64,000 nt of DNA from an uncultured Acidobacteriaceae bacterium (GTDB lineage Bacteria > Acidobacteriota > Terriglobia > Terriglobales > Acidobacteriaceae), in assembly GCA_963836115.1 (NCBI GenBank), contig CAWIIH010000001.1, positions 18,735 through 82,734 of the forward strand, in the 5' to 3' direction. Of the stretch, positions 10,901 to 20,400 are shown piece by piece; the stretch's first letter is position 1, and each line of letters begins with the position of its first letter. A program made the translations under genes and the position numbers. The notes beneath the pieces were generated by a model that was given only the letters and a program-made list of their open reading frames with translations, made no database searches and was not told the origin of the DNA.

Positions 10901-11857
10901 ATGACTAGTCGAATCGCCATGTTCAATCACAAGGGAGGCGTGAGCAAGACCACGACAACCTTTCACCTAGGCTGGATGCTGGCATCGAAGGGCCACCGAG
11001 TGATCGTGGTGGACGCCGATCCCCAATGCAATCTGAGCGGTCTGATTTTGGGCTTCAAAGGCGAGAATGAGTTTGAACAGTACTATGAGGCCGAGGGCAC
11101 CGGGAACATAAGGGCGGGCCTCGCACCGGCATTCGAGTCTCAACCCCGCGCAATTGAGCCCGTCGAATGCGTTGCCGTGGACGGATGCGAGGGCCTATTT
11201 CTGTTGCCGGGGCACATTCGGCTGTCCGAGTGGGAAGTCACACTTGGTATTGCGCAAGAACTCTCCGGTTCGATTCAGACTTTGCAGAATCTACCTGGTT
11301 CCATCACATACCTCCTTGACATCACTGCCCAGAAGTACAAGGCTGATTATGTCTTAGTTGACATGAACCCCAGCCTCAGCTCGATCAACCAAAACATACT
11401 GATGACCAGTGATTTTTTCATTGTTCCCACTTCACCTGATTACTTCTCGGTAATGGCCATTGAATCACTGTCTACGGTGCTCCCTCGCTGGCAGGCGTGG
11501 GCCGAACGCGCGAAACAAAACCCCACGCTTAAGGGTGCTGCATATCCTTACCCAGGAAACACTCCAAGGTTTCTTGGAACCATTATTCAGAAGTACCGGC
11601 CACGCAAAGGAGCTCCTACGGTGGGCTTCCAAAGCTGGATTGATACGATTAACGATAGGGTCGCGAAGCAACTTGTGCCCACTCTTGCGCCTTTAACCAT
11701 GCTGCTACCGCCCGAGCGCTACCAGCAAGTCACAGGCCTCCTGCCCGGCTATTGTCTTTCTCAGATCGCGGACTTCAACACGCTCATAACGAGGTCCCAG
11801 GAGTACAAGACACCCGTTTTTGCCTTAACGAAGGAGCAGTTGGGCCATGTCGGTTAA
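10901..11857 (+). CDS. ParA/Soj/MinD-superfamily P-loop ATPase (orphan, no ParB)
   Basis: Deviant Walker A FNHKGGVSKTTT, then VVDADPQCN and DYVLVDMNPS. The TAA at 11855-11857 is followed by 28 more in-frame sense codons (VLEIDQAKMKEFEAAFSSLADDVATLTA), so the true end may be 11944. Confidence 0.8.
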   Translation: MTSRIAMFNHKGGVSKTTTTFHLGWMLASKGHRVIVVDADPQCNLSGLILGFKGENEFEQYYEAEGTGNIRAGLAPAFESQPRAIEPVECVAVDGCEGLFLLPGHIRLSEWEVTLGIAQELSGSIQTLQNLPGSITYLLDITAQKYKADYVLVDMNPSLSSINQNILMTSDFFIVPTSPDYFSVMAIESLSTVLPRWQAWAERAKQNPTLKGAAYPYPGNTPRFLGTIIQKYRPRKGAPTVGFQSWIDTINDRVAKQLVPTLAPLTMLLPPERYQQVTGLLPGYCLSQIADFNTLITRSQEYKTPVFALTKEQLGHVG

Positions 11858-11991
11858 GTTTTGGAGATTGATCAAGCAAAGATGAAGGAATTTGAGGCGG
11901 CGTTCAGTTCGTTGGCCGATGACGTGGCAACGCTGACAGCCTAATGACGCAGCGAGATTCAGGGCCAATGTGGTAACAACGCCTAGGCCAA

Positions 11992-12595
11992 ATGAAACCG
12001 GCGCTCGATCAGTTCGATGAGAATATCTCTCGGGCTCGCGTCCTTTCGGGGCTGGCGAGATCGCTCTCAGTACTCACAACAACAGCAGTTGAACCTTAGC
12101 GACATTTATCGCGCCTCGCTGGTTTTGGGGGTGAGCGCACTTGATCAGTTTGTACACGAGTTCGTCCGGCTTGGAATGCTTGATGTGCATAGGGGAAATC
12201 GGCCCGTTACTGATGCCAACCTCGCCTTTAGGATTCCACTGGGAGCTGCCAGGCTTGGAATAGCCAATCCGACGCGAGACGACTGGCTGGATGCGACCGT
12301 ACGAGAGGCACACTCATGGCAAAGTTTTCAACAGCCCGACAAAATCGCGGACGCGATACGCTTGGTATCAGGCGTCAAGTTATGGGAGGAGGTTGCGAAG
12401 GAAGTCGGAACAGATGCAAAAGCAGTCAAAGTCCGGTTGACCGCAATAATCGACAGGCGAAATCAGATCGCACACGAGGCTGATATGGACCCAACGAATC
12501 CAGGAAATCGGTGGCCAATCAGCAGTGCTCTTACGGAGGATGCGCTTGATTACATCGAGCGCCTGATTCATGCAATCTACAAGTCAACCGTCTGA
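11992..12595 (+). CDS. HEPN-like protein (Rx4H motif), apparent 1-nt frame break near 12094
   Basis: All-helical ~200 aa. C-terminal IIDRRNQIAHEAD carries the R-x4-H HEPN signature. The N-terminus (MKPALDQFDENISRARVLSGLARSL...) is in another frame and joins the 12017-12595 ORF if one base is removed near the CC at 12094-12095. Confidence 0.55.
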
Positions 12596-12640
12596 AGCAT
12601 TACCACTTGGCTGTGCAGACTCGTGCTGAAACTATCGGCG

Positions 12641-12659
12641 GGTCCACCAACTCTCAATC
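12641..12659 (+). repeat. att-like direct repeat, right copy
   Basis: GGTCCACCAACTCTCAATC duplicates the tRNA-Ala 3' end plus flank. Confidence 0.55.
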
Positions 12660-12689
12660 TCGTTTCTGACAGATTATCCAGAGCACCTT

Positions 12690-13862
12690 TTAAGCTCTTG
12701 CGCGCCGCCCCGCAGGTCGGACCTTATCTAACGCCTGACCCAGATCTGCGATCAGATCCTCTGCGTCCTCAATCCCCACCGAATAACGGATGAGCGCCTC
12801 CGGGATGCCCGCCGCCGCGCGTTCCTCCCTGGTGGACTCGACGTGGCTCGTGGTGGCGGGCGGGCCCGCAACCGTCTCGACCGCACCCAGATTTGCCGCC
12901 AAATGTGCATAACGCAAACGCGGCAGGAAAGATTTCACGGAGTCGAAGCCGCCCTTGATGACAAAACTGAGTACGCCTCCAAAACCGCGCATCTGTCGGC
13001 GAGCAATCTCGTAATGCTCGTGGGACTCCAATCCGGGATAGAAGACTTTCATAACGTTCGGGTGTGATGCCATGTATCGCGCAATCTTCAGCGCACTCTC
13101 GTTCTGCCGTTCGATTCGAAGATGAAGAGTTTTCATCCCTCGAAGCAGCAGGTAAGCCGCCATGGGATCGAGGCAGGCTCCGGTGATTTCACGAAAGTGA
13201 TAAATCTTCGCGACCAGATCGGCCGTACCGCAGACTACGCCGCCGAGCGCATCCGCGTGCCCGCCCAGAAACTTTGTCGCGCTGTGAATCACGAGATCGG
13301 CGCCGAGTTTCACAGGCTGCTGATTGATCGGCGTGGCAAAGGTGTTGTCCACAATCACCACGGCCTTGTGGCGATGGGCCGCGGCAGCCAGGCGGCCGAG
13401 ATCGACAACTTTGACGGTCGGATTCGTCGGGCTCTCCAGATACACAGCCTTGCACCCCTGTGCGATCGCCGTTTCAATTGCTTTGTGATTACTGGTATCG
13501 CACAGCGACACGTCGATACCAAATCGTGGCAGGAATTCGATAAACAGCTTGTTCGTCCCTCCGTAAGTGTCTTTAATGGAAACGACGCGATCCCCGGGAA
13601 ACAGAAGCGCAAAGAGCGTATTGCTGATCGCGCCCATGCCGCTCGAAAAACTGGTGGCAGCTTCGGCGCTCTCGAGATTCCTTACCTTCTCTTCGAAGGC
13701 GGCTACGGTTGGATTTGTGTTGCGGCTATAGATGTGGCCATGGCTCTTTCCTTGCGCCACCGCGAGCCATTCATCCACACTGTCGTAGCCGAACGAGACG
13801 CTAAGCGCCACTGGTATTTGCGTAGCACCTTCCCAATGCGTGCCGCCCTCACCAGCCCACAC
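12690..13862 (-). CDS. Cys/Met-metabolism PLP-dependent enzyme (cystathionine gamma-synthase/lyase family)
   Basis: SATKFLGGHAD PLP-lysine motif with family-wide similarity. Homology (TRAVWAGE) continues about 14 codons upstream of the GTG at 13862 to an in-frame TGA without a canonical start, so the start is uncertain. Confidence 0.85.
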   Translation of the reverse strand: MWAGEGGTHWEGATQIPVALSVSFGYDSVDEWLAVAQGKSHGHIYSRNTNPTVAAFEEKVRNLESAEAATSFSSGMGAISNTLFALLFPGDRVVSIKDTYGGTNKLFIEFLPRFGIDVSLCDTSNHKAIETAIAQGCKAVYLESPTNPTVKVVDLGRLAAAAHRHKAVVIVDNTFATPINQQPVKLGADLVIHSATKFLGGHADALGGVVCGTADLVAKIYHFREITGACLDPMAAYLLLRGMKTLHLRIERQNESALKIARYMASHPNVMKVFYPGLESHEHYEIARRQMRGFGGVLSFVIKGGFDSVKSFLPRLRYAHLAANLGAVETVAGPPATTSHVESTREERAAAGIPEALIRYSVGIEDAEDLIADLGQALDKVRPAGRRARA

Positions 13863-13934
13863 TGCACGGGTGCCAAGTCCGGCTTGATCTTTCTTCTCGC
13901 TGCGTCAACGCACGAAGAATGCCTCCTGAAATCG

Positions 13935-14011
13935 GCACTCAGCATTCGCACTTAGCATTCAGCCATCACAGCTCGAGTTGGCTGAATGCTGACTGCTGAG
14001 TGCTGAATGCT
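13935..14011. repeat. heptamer-periodic inverted repeat (hairpin)
   Basis: CACTCAGCATTCGCACTTAGCATTCAGCC ... GGCTGAATGCTGACTGCTGAGTGCTGAATGCTG. Confidence 0.6.
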
Positions 14012-14122
14012 GCCTCACTTCGTTCGTCAGTCTAGCAGGCTATGAAGTCGGCGCGCCGCGCTTTCCGGCACCCCCGCTAGGATCATTGCCGAGGGCGGCG
14101 CGAGGAATGCTAGGCTTGTGAG

Positions 14123-15025
14123 ATGAGCGGCCGGCTAACAACTCTTCTTGGATTCCTCTTTCTTGTCTGGTCATTGTTCCTCTCGGTCCCGACGGCCTCG
14201 GCCGCGAACTGGACCGTGCGTGCGCAACCCACGCGGTTGGTGAATGGCGGGCCGGTACTGTTTCAGGTCAAGCCACCTCAGCATTTGGAATCGCTAAGCG
14301 GGACCTGGCTGGGTCATGACGTTTCTTTCAGCTTCGATGCGAACAGCAAGACCTGGTTCGCGCTGGCGGGCGTGAGCTTTGAAACGGCTCCCGGAACTTA
14401 CCCGCTTGAACTGACCGGCGAAACCGAAGCGGGAAAGGCACCCCGCAAGAACATTGCGTTCAGCCGCAAGTTCACGGTCACCCGTGGCAAGTATCCCAGG
14501 ATCCAAGCCAAGCTCAGCGTTGAAGGCAAGTTCACCGAGCCCAGCCCCGAACAGCAGAGACAAATCGAAGAAGGCCAGCAAGTCAAGAAAGATTACCTGA
14601 ACCGGGTCACGCCAGAACGCGAGTGGTCGGGGCCATTCTCCGCGCCGGCGGACGCCGCCATTTCTGACGTCTTCGGTTCACAACGCATTTTCAATGGCAA
14701 GACCTCGAGTCCCCACCTCGGCTTGGATTTCCGCGTCCCCAGCGGAACCCCCGTCGAGGCCATGAATGACGGCACAGTGCTGCTGGCGCGGCCACTTTAT
14801 TTCGAAGGCAATTTCGTCGTCTTGGATCACGGCCAGGGCCTGCTCACCATCTATATGCATCTTTCGGAATTCAAAGTGAAGGAAGGGGATCTGGTGAAAC
14901 GCGGGCAGGTGATTGCGCTGAGCGGCGGCACGGGCCGGGCCACGGGCCCGCATCTCCACGTCGGGGTGCGGTGGCAGGGAACCTACCTCGATCCCGCGAG
15001 CCTGACGCGTTTGCGGCTGCCGTGA
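14123..15025 (+). CDS. M23-family (LytM-type) peptidoglycan endopeptidase, secreted
   Basis: Signal peptide, then HLGLDFRVPSGTPV ... DHGQGLLTIYMHLS ... TGPHLHVGV zinc-ligand motifs. Confidence 0.85.
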   Translation: MSGRLTTLLGFLFLVWSLFLSVPTASAANWTVRAQPTRLVNGGPVLFQVKPPQHLESLSGTWLGHDVSFSFDANSKTWFALAGVSFETAPGTYPLELTGETEAGKAPRKNIAFSRKFTVTRGKYPRIQAKLSVEGKFTEPSPEQQRQIEEGQQVKKDYLNRVTPEREWSGPFSAPADAAISDVFGSQRIFNGKTSSPHLGLDFRVPSGTPVEAMNDGTVLLARPLYFEGNFVVLDHGQGLLTIYMHLSEFKVKEGDLVKRGQVIALSGGTGRATGPHLHVGVRWQGTYLDPASLTRLRLP

Positions 15026-15035
15026 CCAGCACCTT

Positions 15036-15101
15036 GCAATTAGCAGTTAGCAGTTCAACCCGTACCAACCCGCATTGGCTAACCGCTAACTGCCAAATTG
15101 C
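15036..15101. terminator. hairpin between convergent genes (heptamer-periodic arms TAGCAGT)
   Basis: GCAATTAGCAGTTAGCAGTT ... GGCTAACCGCTAACTGCCAAATTGC. Lies between the M23 stop and the EBP stop. Confidence 0.5.
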
Positions 15102-15109
15102 TGCTTTCC

Positions 15110-17071
15110 TCACGCGTTCCCGCCCGAAATCCCACTCAACCCGCGCGCCGGAATGTCCCGCAGCGCATCCTTCAGAGCCTCTTTCAGCTCGAGGTTGCGG
15201 ATGAGGCGATGCAGATAGTTAGGATGCACACCCAGAATGCGGGCAGCGTCGGCATAGCTGCCTTGCGTCTGCTCCACGGCATCAAGAATCAATTGCTTCT
15301 TCAATTCCTTGACCGCCGCATGATATTTCGCTTCGGTTATCTCTGGCGGCGGAGTGCGCTCCAGCAGCGATTCCGGCAGATCCTCGGGCAGAATCATATC
15401 CGAGGTCCCCAGCACGAGCGCGCGCTCGATGGCGTTTTCCAGTTCGCGCACGTTACCAGGCCAGTCATAGTTCACCAGGCAAGCCAGGGCCTCGCGCGAG
15501 ATCGGCCGGGGCTTCACTTTGCAGCGTTTCGCATGCTTCTGCACGAAATGCCGCACCAGCATGGGGATATCTTCGCGGCGGTCCCGAAGCGTCGGCATCG
15601 TGATCTTCAACACCGCCAAACGGTAATACAAATCCTGGCGAAACCTGCCGTCGCGCACGGCCTGCTCCAGGTCGCAGTTGGTGGCGGCAATGATTCGGAT
15701 ATCCACCTTGATGGGATGGATCCCGCCGACTCGTTCGAACTCACGCTCCTGCAGCACGCGCAGCAGTTTGACCTGCAGCGTGGGAGCCAGCTCGCCGATC
15801 TCGTCGAGAAAAAGCACGCCTCCATCGGCGACCTCGAGCCGTCCTCTCTTCAGCGATGCGGCTCCGGTAAACGCTCCGCGCTCGTGGCCGAACAGATCGC
15901 TTTCCAGAAGCGTTTCCGGAATCGCAGAGCAATTGATGGCCACAAACGGCTTGCCCGCCCGTGGACTGTTACGGTGCAACGCCCGCGCTGCCAGCTCCTT
16001 GCCGGTTCCGCTCTCGCCCTCGATCAATACTGTCGAATCGATGGGCGCCACGCGCTTCAGGAACTGATAAACCTCTTTCATGTGGGCGCCGTCTCCGACC
16101 AGGCTCCGATCCTGACTGATCTCCACCGTCAGGCGCTCATTTTCCTGTTCCAGCCAATGCAGGCGGCGGGCGTTCTCCAATGCCACCGCGGAGATGCCTG
16201 CGATCGCCGCCACCAGTTGCAAATGCTCTTCGTTGAGACGGTTGCTGACACTGTCGCTGTCGAGATAAATGCACCCAATCACCCGCTGGAATACGGTCAA
16301 CGGCACGCACAGCAGTGAACGCACCTGCGACGCCGCCAGGCTTTCGACCTCGCGCAATTCGCTGCTGCCGGGCACATCACTGCCTAGCATTGCAATTCCC
16401 TGCTCCAGCACCTGGCGCGCGACTGTGCGGCTCACCTTGACCAACTGGGCTTGCCCGGCCTGCCGCATGCGGGCGAACGTGGAATTGAATTCATGGCCGT
16501 CCCTGTCCGCCAGCAGGATGGCGCCCCGGCCTGCGGGAACCACCTCGAAGATCAGGTCGAGCAACTGTCCTTGCAGATCGTTAAGATCGCGAATGGCATG
16601 TACAATCCGGCTGATCTTGAGCAGCGCGTTCAAGTTACGGGCCACACGCGAGGTCGCCGGCAGCTCGCGCAACAATCGGTCCGGCTGCAGATAGATCACG
16701 TCCCTGGGATGGATAATGGTGGTTGCCGCTGTGGCTTGGGCGTCTTCCAGTTCCACGCGGCTCGCCGGCGTAAGATCTTCGTCCTCCAGCAGAAATAAGA
16801 AGGAGGAGTCGCCCGCGGCGATTTCGTCTCCGTGTTGCAGCCATTGTTCTTCGATCCCTGCGCCGTTCACCAGGGTTCCATTGCGGCTTTCGAGGTCCCG
16901 CACCCGGAATCTTCCCTCTCGCCCGCTCACCAGACAATGCTTCCGCGAGACGGACGGATCGGTGATTGCGATTCCATTCGACGCTTCCCGCCCAATGGTC
17001 ACGTCTCCCTCAGACAGAGGAATCGTCGAGTCTTTCAAGGGCCCGGAAAGCACCAGGAGTTTGGGACGCAA
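15110..17071 (-). CDS. sigma54-dependent transcriptional activator with FHA and GAF sensory domains
   Basis: N-terminal FHA (TIGRE ... SRKHC ... SRNGTLVNG), central GAF, AAA+ core ([14 protein letters not shown]), C-terminal Fis-type HTH. Confidence 0.9.
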   Translation of the reverse strand: MRPKLLVLSGPLKDSTIPLSEGDVTIGREASNGIAITDPSVSRKHCLVSGREGRFRVRDLESRNGTLVNGAGIEEQWLQHGDEIAAGDSSFLFLLEDEDLTPASRVELEDAQATAATTIIHPRDVIYLQPDRLLRELPATSRVARNLNALLKISRIVHAIRDLNDLQGQLLDLIFEVVPAGRGAILLADRDGHEFNSTFARMRQAGQAQLVKVSRTVARQVLEQGIAMLGSDVPGSSELREVESLAASQVRSLLCVPLTVFQRVIGCIYLDSDSVSNRLNEEHLQLVAAIAGISAVALENARRLHWLEQENERLTVEISQDRSLVGDGAHMKEVYQFLKRVAPIDSTVLIEGESGTGKELAARALHRNSPRAGKPFVAINCSAIPETLLESDLFGHERGAFTGAASLKRGRLEVADGGVLFLDEIGELAPTLQVKLLRVLQEREFERVGGIHPIKVDIRIIAATNCDLEQAVRDGRFRQDLYYRLAVLKITMPTLRDRREDIPMLVRHFVQKHAKRCKVKPRPISREALACLVNYDWPGNVRELENAIERALVLGTSDMILPEDLPESLLERTPPPEITEAKYHAAVKELKKQLILDAVEQTQGSYADAARILGVHPNYLHRLIRNLELKEALKDALRDIPARGLSGISGGNA

Positions 17072-17140
17072 GCTTCCTCACCTCGCGGCCTTCTTATCAC
17101 ACTTCGGCCCTAAATTCATACCCGAAATGAAGTTGTTCCA

Positions 17141-17178
17141 CTATCCGAACGGATAGGAGCTGCTATCCGATCGGATAG
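17141..17178. promoter_or_regulatory. two tandem palindromes, candidate enhancer (UAS) sites
   Basis: CTATCCG-AA-CGGATAG (17141-17156) and CTATCCG-AT-CGGATAG (17163-17178), 22 bp centre to centre. About 120 bp upstream of the sigma54-type promoter and about 70 bp upstream of the EBP start codon. Confidence 0.5.
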
Positions 17179-17297
17179 CAAATGGCCCGGACAGCCGGGA
17201 GAACTCGAAACGGACAGCACCTTGAATTAGGCAATAACTACTTTGCCGAGAATGAGTTGGGTGGATGGCTACATTTCGTGGCAAGCCCGGTGCCGAC

Positions 17298-17313
17298 TGG
17301 CATACGGCATGCA
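17298..17313 (+). promoter_or_regulatory. sigma54-type (-24/-12) promoter
   Basis: TGGCATACGGCATGCA has the GG-N10-GC spacing and 13 of 16 matches to TGGCACG-N4-TTGCA. Confidence 0.5.
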
Positions 17314-17323
17314 ATTGTGAGGT

Positions 17324-17432
17324 TACGCAGGGCTCGGTAAAAGGCGATAGGGGAAGCGCTTTTGATCCGTTCTTGCCGAGTTCGCGCAAATCAGGGATCC
17401 GAGGGGCCCCCTCATCGGGTCCCTGGTTTTTT
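17324..17432 (+). ncRNA. candidate sigma54-dependent small RNA (~110 nt)
   Basis: Bounded by the promoter at 17298-17313 and the intrinsic terminator at 17392-17432. No ATG or plausible ORF inside. Confidence 0.4.
17392..17432 (+). terminator. Rho-independent terminator
   Basis: 11-bp stem CAGGGATCCGA/TCGGGTCCCTG (one G-U), GC-rich loop, then G-TTTTTT. Confidence 0.6.
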
Positions 17433-17453
17433 GGGGCCATTTCGACCTGGTAG

Positions 17454-20400
17454 CTAACTGGCCACCGCTTCGTTGCCCGCAGACGCCGCGACCACAGGCA
17501 CGGCCATCACTGCTCCATCGCGAAACGTAACGCTGTTTCCGGAAATCGCCGGCACGCGCTCACCCGGAACCAAAATTCCCACAAGGTTCAGCGGATCGGC
17601 AGCCGACAGCGTGATCGTTCCCGTAGCGGCATCGAGCTTGCGCATCGCTCGCACGGATTCTACTGCGACCGGAAGCGCAAACTGCTCGCCCAGAAATCCA
17701 TCTACGAAACGGCCGCCACGAATCTCGCCGCGGTCCTCAAGCCTGCGGAAGCCGCCAAGCAACTCTCGCCACGGCGGCAAGTTCGCCTCCCGCGCCAGCA
17801 CATCCCGGACAACAATGCCGTAACGCCGCAGCAGCATCCAGCAGGCTGCTTCGACTGCGCGAGGCCGCTCAACAACTTCATCGGTGTGCAGCAGCGCCCA
17901 CCGGCCCGCATTGTGCCGCGGACGCGTCGTGCGCCCGCTGCCCTGCCCCGCCCGCCGTTTGGGATCGATGAGCGAGCGCAGATTGTCGAACCCGTCAGCG
18001 GTCACCAGGCCGGCAGCCACCAGTTCCCAAAGCCCGGTCTCGATTTCCGCTTTCAGCTTGCCGGTGCCGCGCACGATATCGGCAAAGAACGATGCGCCAC
18101 GCTGCCGCAGAAAATCCAGCACCATCTGTGCTCCATGGCTCAGGCCGCTGGTCGCGCCCGGTTCCGCGCCCGGATGCCGCGGCGTCATCCAATCGGCATC
18201 TTCGCGGATGAAAAACGTAATGGGCGCAACGCTGGTAGGAATCACCCGGCGCTGGCGCGGAGCGGCTGCCGACTGAGAGTCCGTCCCGCGACTCGCACCC
18301 GAGTAATCCAGCGTCGCCGGATGCGGCGACAACCTTCCCCAGCCCACCGCCCCGGTCAGGCAAAGCTGGTCCAGCCATTTGGGATCGTAGTCCGCAATGC
18401 GCCGGGCCAGCACCTGCCGCTCCCACGCATTCGCCGGGATCTCAAACCCTTGCAGTTGCCGCAGCACTTCGAGCGTGCCCCGCTCGCCCGCCACCTGGGT
18501 TCCCGGAGCCATGTGCTGCCAGCGCAGCAGCCATTGCATGAATTGCGCCGCCGTGACCGGCTCGATCTGCTTGCGCAGCGTAGCGACGGTCAGCCGGTGA
18601 ATGCGCGCCAGCAGCCGCCGCTCGCACCATTCGATTCGGCTCGTGTGGCGCGGACGCCCCCGCCCGCGAGGCAGCGCCACTGAAGTTTCCCCGCAGCACA
18701 GTCCCGCTGGCTTCCATGCGAAGCAAAACGTTCGAAATCTCGGACGCGGGAATCCCCAAAGTTCCCCAAGCTGTGTAGCAGTAGTCGGCCCCACATGCGA
18801 CATCCATCCAGTAACCAGCGTAAGTAAAGCATCGTCGCGAGTGGGAGCCGACACTTCCACCGTCGGCCAATTCCTGTTCAAACCGCGCCTCGGGAAACAA
18901 CAGCTGAAAAAGTCCTGGCGCGCTCGGCAGCAACCCAGTAGCGCCGGCCCTCGAATAAAGCGGTCCCCGCCCGCCTTTCGTCAACCAGCCTCTGGAAATG
19001 GCCCAGCCAGTTGTTCCCGGCACTGCCTATGTGGGGAAAGCCGCCCTCGCCTGCCCTGAGCGAAGCCGAAGGGGCTGTCCGGTCGAGCGAAGCTCGACTC
19101 TCCGGCAGCGCCACCAGCGTATGCAGCACATCATGCAACTCATCCGCGTCGCGCACATCCGGCCACGCCTCTTCCCGCACCTGGGCAATCGCCGCCGGAT
19201 CCAGACCTCCCACTTCCTCGAGCACCGATTCCGGCAGCATGCGCCGCATCTGTACCGCGCGCGCCCGCCGCTCCTCCAGCGGCGCGTCGTCGAGAAACGC
19301 ATACGGATTCGCATTCAGAATCTCATGCGAAAACTGCGATGGAACCGGCGTGTCGACCGCGAGACAACGAATCCGCCCGTCGGCCAGCCCGCTCAGCACG
19401 AACTTCAGCCCGTCAATATCCATCGCCTCGGTGAGCACATCCTTCATCACTTCGCCCACCAGCGGATGATCCGGAATCTGTCGCTCGCCTTGAATGTTTT
19501 CGAAACAGGCGGCCGCGTCGGGAAAAACCGAAGCCAGCAGATCGTCGGAGCGCATGCGCTGAATCTGCGCCGGAACTTTCTTTCCGTTCTGAAAGCGCAA
19601 CAGCGCCAGCGCCCGGTTCGCATCCCAGCGCCAGCGCGTGGCAAAGATCGGAGAATCCAGCGCCGCCTGCTCCAGAATCGGCTGCACCGTCGCCGCCTGC
19701 AGAAAGTTGAACACGTCCCCCAGCGGGAAGCTGTGCTGCTCGGCCAACGCGATGTTCAGTCCGTTGTCGGTGGCCGCCGCCTGCAACTCGAAGTTGAAGC
19801 CGCGGCAGAAGCGCTTGCGCAGAGCCAGTCCCCAAGCCTTGTTGATGCGTCCGCCGAACGGCGCGTGGATCACCAATTGCATCCCGCCGCCTTCGTCAAA
19901 GAAGCGCTCCGCAATCACGGTGGTCTGCGTCGGCACCGCGCCCAGCACTGCGCGGCCCTTGCAAAATGTATTCAATTGCCTGCTCCGCGCCGGAATCATC
20001 GAGGCCGCATTCTTCTTTGAGCCAGCCCACCGCTGCGGCCACCTCCGGCTGGGTCGCGGAAAATCCCACCGGCGAGGTATGCGGCAGCATCTCGCTGATC
20101 TTTTCCCGCAGCGTTCCCACATGCGCCGAAAGTTCTTCGGTTCGCGCCGGAGCTTCTCCTCGCCAGAACGGCACACTGGGCGGCGCGCCGTGCGCATCCT
20201 GCACCAGCACCCGGCCAGCGTTGGTTTCGATTCGCCGAATCATCCACGACGTGTTCCCCAGCAGCATGATGTCGCCGCGGTTGCTCTCCACGGCAAAGTC
20301 TTCATCCACCGTGCCCACTACAACGCCATCGGGTTCCGCCACCACGGCGTAGAGCGAGTTGTCCGGGATCGCTCCGCCGCTGGTGATCGCCGCCAGCCGC

